Assembly (NCBI GenBank): GCA_045589215.1
Contig: JAZNOQ010000085.1
Coordinates: 4,348 to 68,347, forward strand
Direction of reading: 5' to 3'
From: Eubacteriales bacterium
GTDB lineage: Bacteria; Bacillota; Clostridia; Oscillospirales; CAG-272
DNA length: 64,000 bases
The position numbers and the translations under genes were made by a program. The notes under the pieces are model-generated. The model ran no database searches and had not been told where the DNA came from. It saw only the letters and a list, made by a program, of their open reading frames with translations. Every line of letters starts with the position of its first letter. The stretch's first letter is position 1. Shown here in pieces: positions 63,130 through 64,000 of this stretch.

Positions 63130-63201
63130 AAGCTGGTGGTGAGATTCGAACTCACGACCTGCTGATTACGAATCAGCTGCACTACCCCTGTGCTACACCA
63201 G
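63130..63201 (-). tRNA. tRNA-Thr (anticodon CGU)
   Basis: Hand-folded cloverleaf: acceptor GCUGGUG/CACCAGC, D-stem GCAC/GUGC, anticodon stem GCUGA/UCAGC with loop UUCGUAA, and T-arm GUGAG-UUCGAAU-CUCAC. CCA is not encoded. Confidence 0.85.
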
Positions 63202-63234
63202 CTTATCTCTGCGGTTCTTCGCAGAACCTTGACT

Positions 63235-63263
63235 ATTATAGCGCAAAAAACGTGATTTGTCAA
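63235..63263 (-). promoter_or_regulatory. perfect-consensus sigma-A promoter of tRNA-Thr
   Basis: On the minus strand: TTGACA, a 17-nt spacer, then TATAAT, ending 33 nt upstream of the tRNA 5' end. Confidence 0.65.
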
Positions 63264-63332
63264 GGGCTTTTTTTGAAAAAAGTAAAGAGAGAGGGAATTT
63301 TTTCGCGCACTCTCTTCACTTATTCGGTGGGT

Positions 63333-63755
63333 TTATTCCTCGTTGCCCGTGTAAAGGCGTTCAATGCGATAAAAATCGCGTGCGTCGGGAGTGAAAATGT
63401 GTACGATCACGGGACCGTAATCGAGCAGTACCCACGCACCGCCTGCACGTCCCTCGGTGTGGATCGGAGTAGCACCTCGCCGCGAGGTCTGAAAATCAAG
63501 CTCGTCGCCGAGCGCTTTTGCATGCGTTGTCGAGGTTGCCGTGCAGATGACGAAATAAGACGTCAGGGAGGTCTTTTCGGCTACGTCGAGCACGAGGATG
63601 TCCGAGCCCTTTTTGGCGTCCAGAAAGCCTTCTACGGCCTTTGCGAGGGTCTCGGGCTCTGCGTCCTTTAGTTCGCAGGGATCGATCGTGTCCGAGGCCT
63701 CCGAAACGGGCTCCTTCGGGATAAGGGTAGGGTACTGATTTGTGGGCTGTTCCAT
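63333..63755 (-). CDS. rsfS: ribosome silencing factor
   Basis: DILVLDV...TSYFVICTATSTTHAKAL...WVLLDYGPVIVHIFTPDARDFYRIERLY is a canonical RsfS/iojap core, preceded by a ~35-aa N-terminal extension. Confidence 0.85.
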   Translation of the reverse strand: MEQPTNQYPTLIPKEPVSEASDTIDPCELKDAEPETLAKAVEGFLDAKKGSDILVLDVAEKTSLTSYFVICTATSTTHAKALGDELDFQTSRRGATPIHTEGRAGGAWVLLDYGPVIVHIFTPDARDFYRIERLYTGNEE

Positions 63756-63798
63756 ATGAGTGTCCTTTCAAAAAATATGTGTGTTTATGGCTTTGCGG

Positions 63799-63999
63799 TC
63801 ATCCGTCGCTTCCTTTGCTGTGATAAATGGCATCGAAATGCGGATAAGCCTCGCTTGTGAAGCGTGCTTCGGGATCGAAGCGAGAGGACGGGAGGGGGAC
63901 TTCCGATACGTTCAGCATACGGTTTACCGTATCGTACGCCGCATCTCGGTACAGGATATAATACCACGCACCGCTGTCGCCGTCGGTTCGTGCAGCTTC
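63799..63999 (-). CDS. 3' end of an unidentified protein gene (5' part beyond window)
   Basis: Frame open to the window edge. It ends ...GAWYYILYRDAAYDTVNRMLNVSEVPLPSSRFDPEARFTSEAYPHFDAIYHSKGSDG* and is not in the ORF track because it has no in-window start. Confidence 0.35.
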   Translation of the reverse strand, partial: EAARTDGDSGAWYYILYRDAAYDTVNRMLNVSEVPLPSSRFDPEARFTSEAYPHFDAIYHSKGSDG

Positions 64000-64000
64000 A

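Noticed and set aside
1-64000. Search for CRISPR arrays, transposases, integrases, phage genes, toxin-antitoxin pairs or known defence systems.
   Set aside because: I saw no regularly spaced direct repeats. None of the translated ORFs shows a DDE/serine/tyrosine recombinase, a Cas protein, a restriction-modification gene or other defence-type motifs. The window looks like stable chromosome.

Overview
The window is a 64-kb chromosomal segment from what looks like a Clostridia-type Firmicute. GC content appears moderately high by eye. Genes have AGGAGG-type ribosome-binding sites, there are many TTGACA-17-TATAAT sigma-A promoters, and lineage-typical genes are present (rny, rsfS, DUF1292, DUF4364, RNHCP). 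I call about 53 protein-coding genes, two of them cut by the window edges, plus one tRNA-Thr(CGU) and one unassigned structured-RNA candidate. I saw no rRNA, CRISPR array, transposase, integrase, phage genes or recognisable defence system. Most of the window is housekeeping or accessory metabolism: two RumA-family rRNA methyltransferases, a cytosolic esterase/deacetylase operon, ROK glucokinase, ilvE, hom, an ABC-F ATPase, RNase Y, a flavodiiron protein and AraC-controlled sugar genes. The standout is a 14.9-kb seven-gene operon at 20281-35175. It encodes a 1214-aa solute-binding protein fused to CBM-like and helical modules, two complete MalF/MalG-type permease pairs, a secreted NHL-propeller/TPR/Yip1 membrane protein and a 1575-aa DUF5696-like exoprotein with a ~600-aa helical tail. 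It encodes no ATPase, no regulator and no recognisable glycoside hydrolase, and it is my best candidate for an undescribed surface capture, processing and import system. Secondary leads are an AraC-flanked locus with two uncharacterised GH-like paralogs plus a Gfo/Idh/MocA and TIM-barrel pair, an orphan pair of divergent complex-I antiporter-like subunits, a nitrilase-GDPD fusion, an MGS-like protein with substitutions at two of the catalytic residues of methylglyoxal synthase, a structured leader upstream of the ABC-F gene, and a ~250-nt terminator-capped RNA candidate. All family assignments come from reading motifs in the translations. No database search was run.
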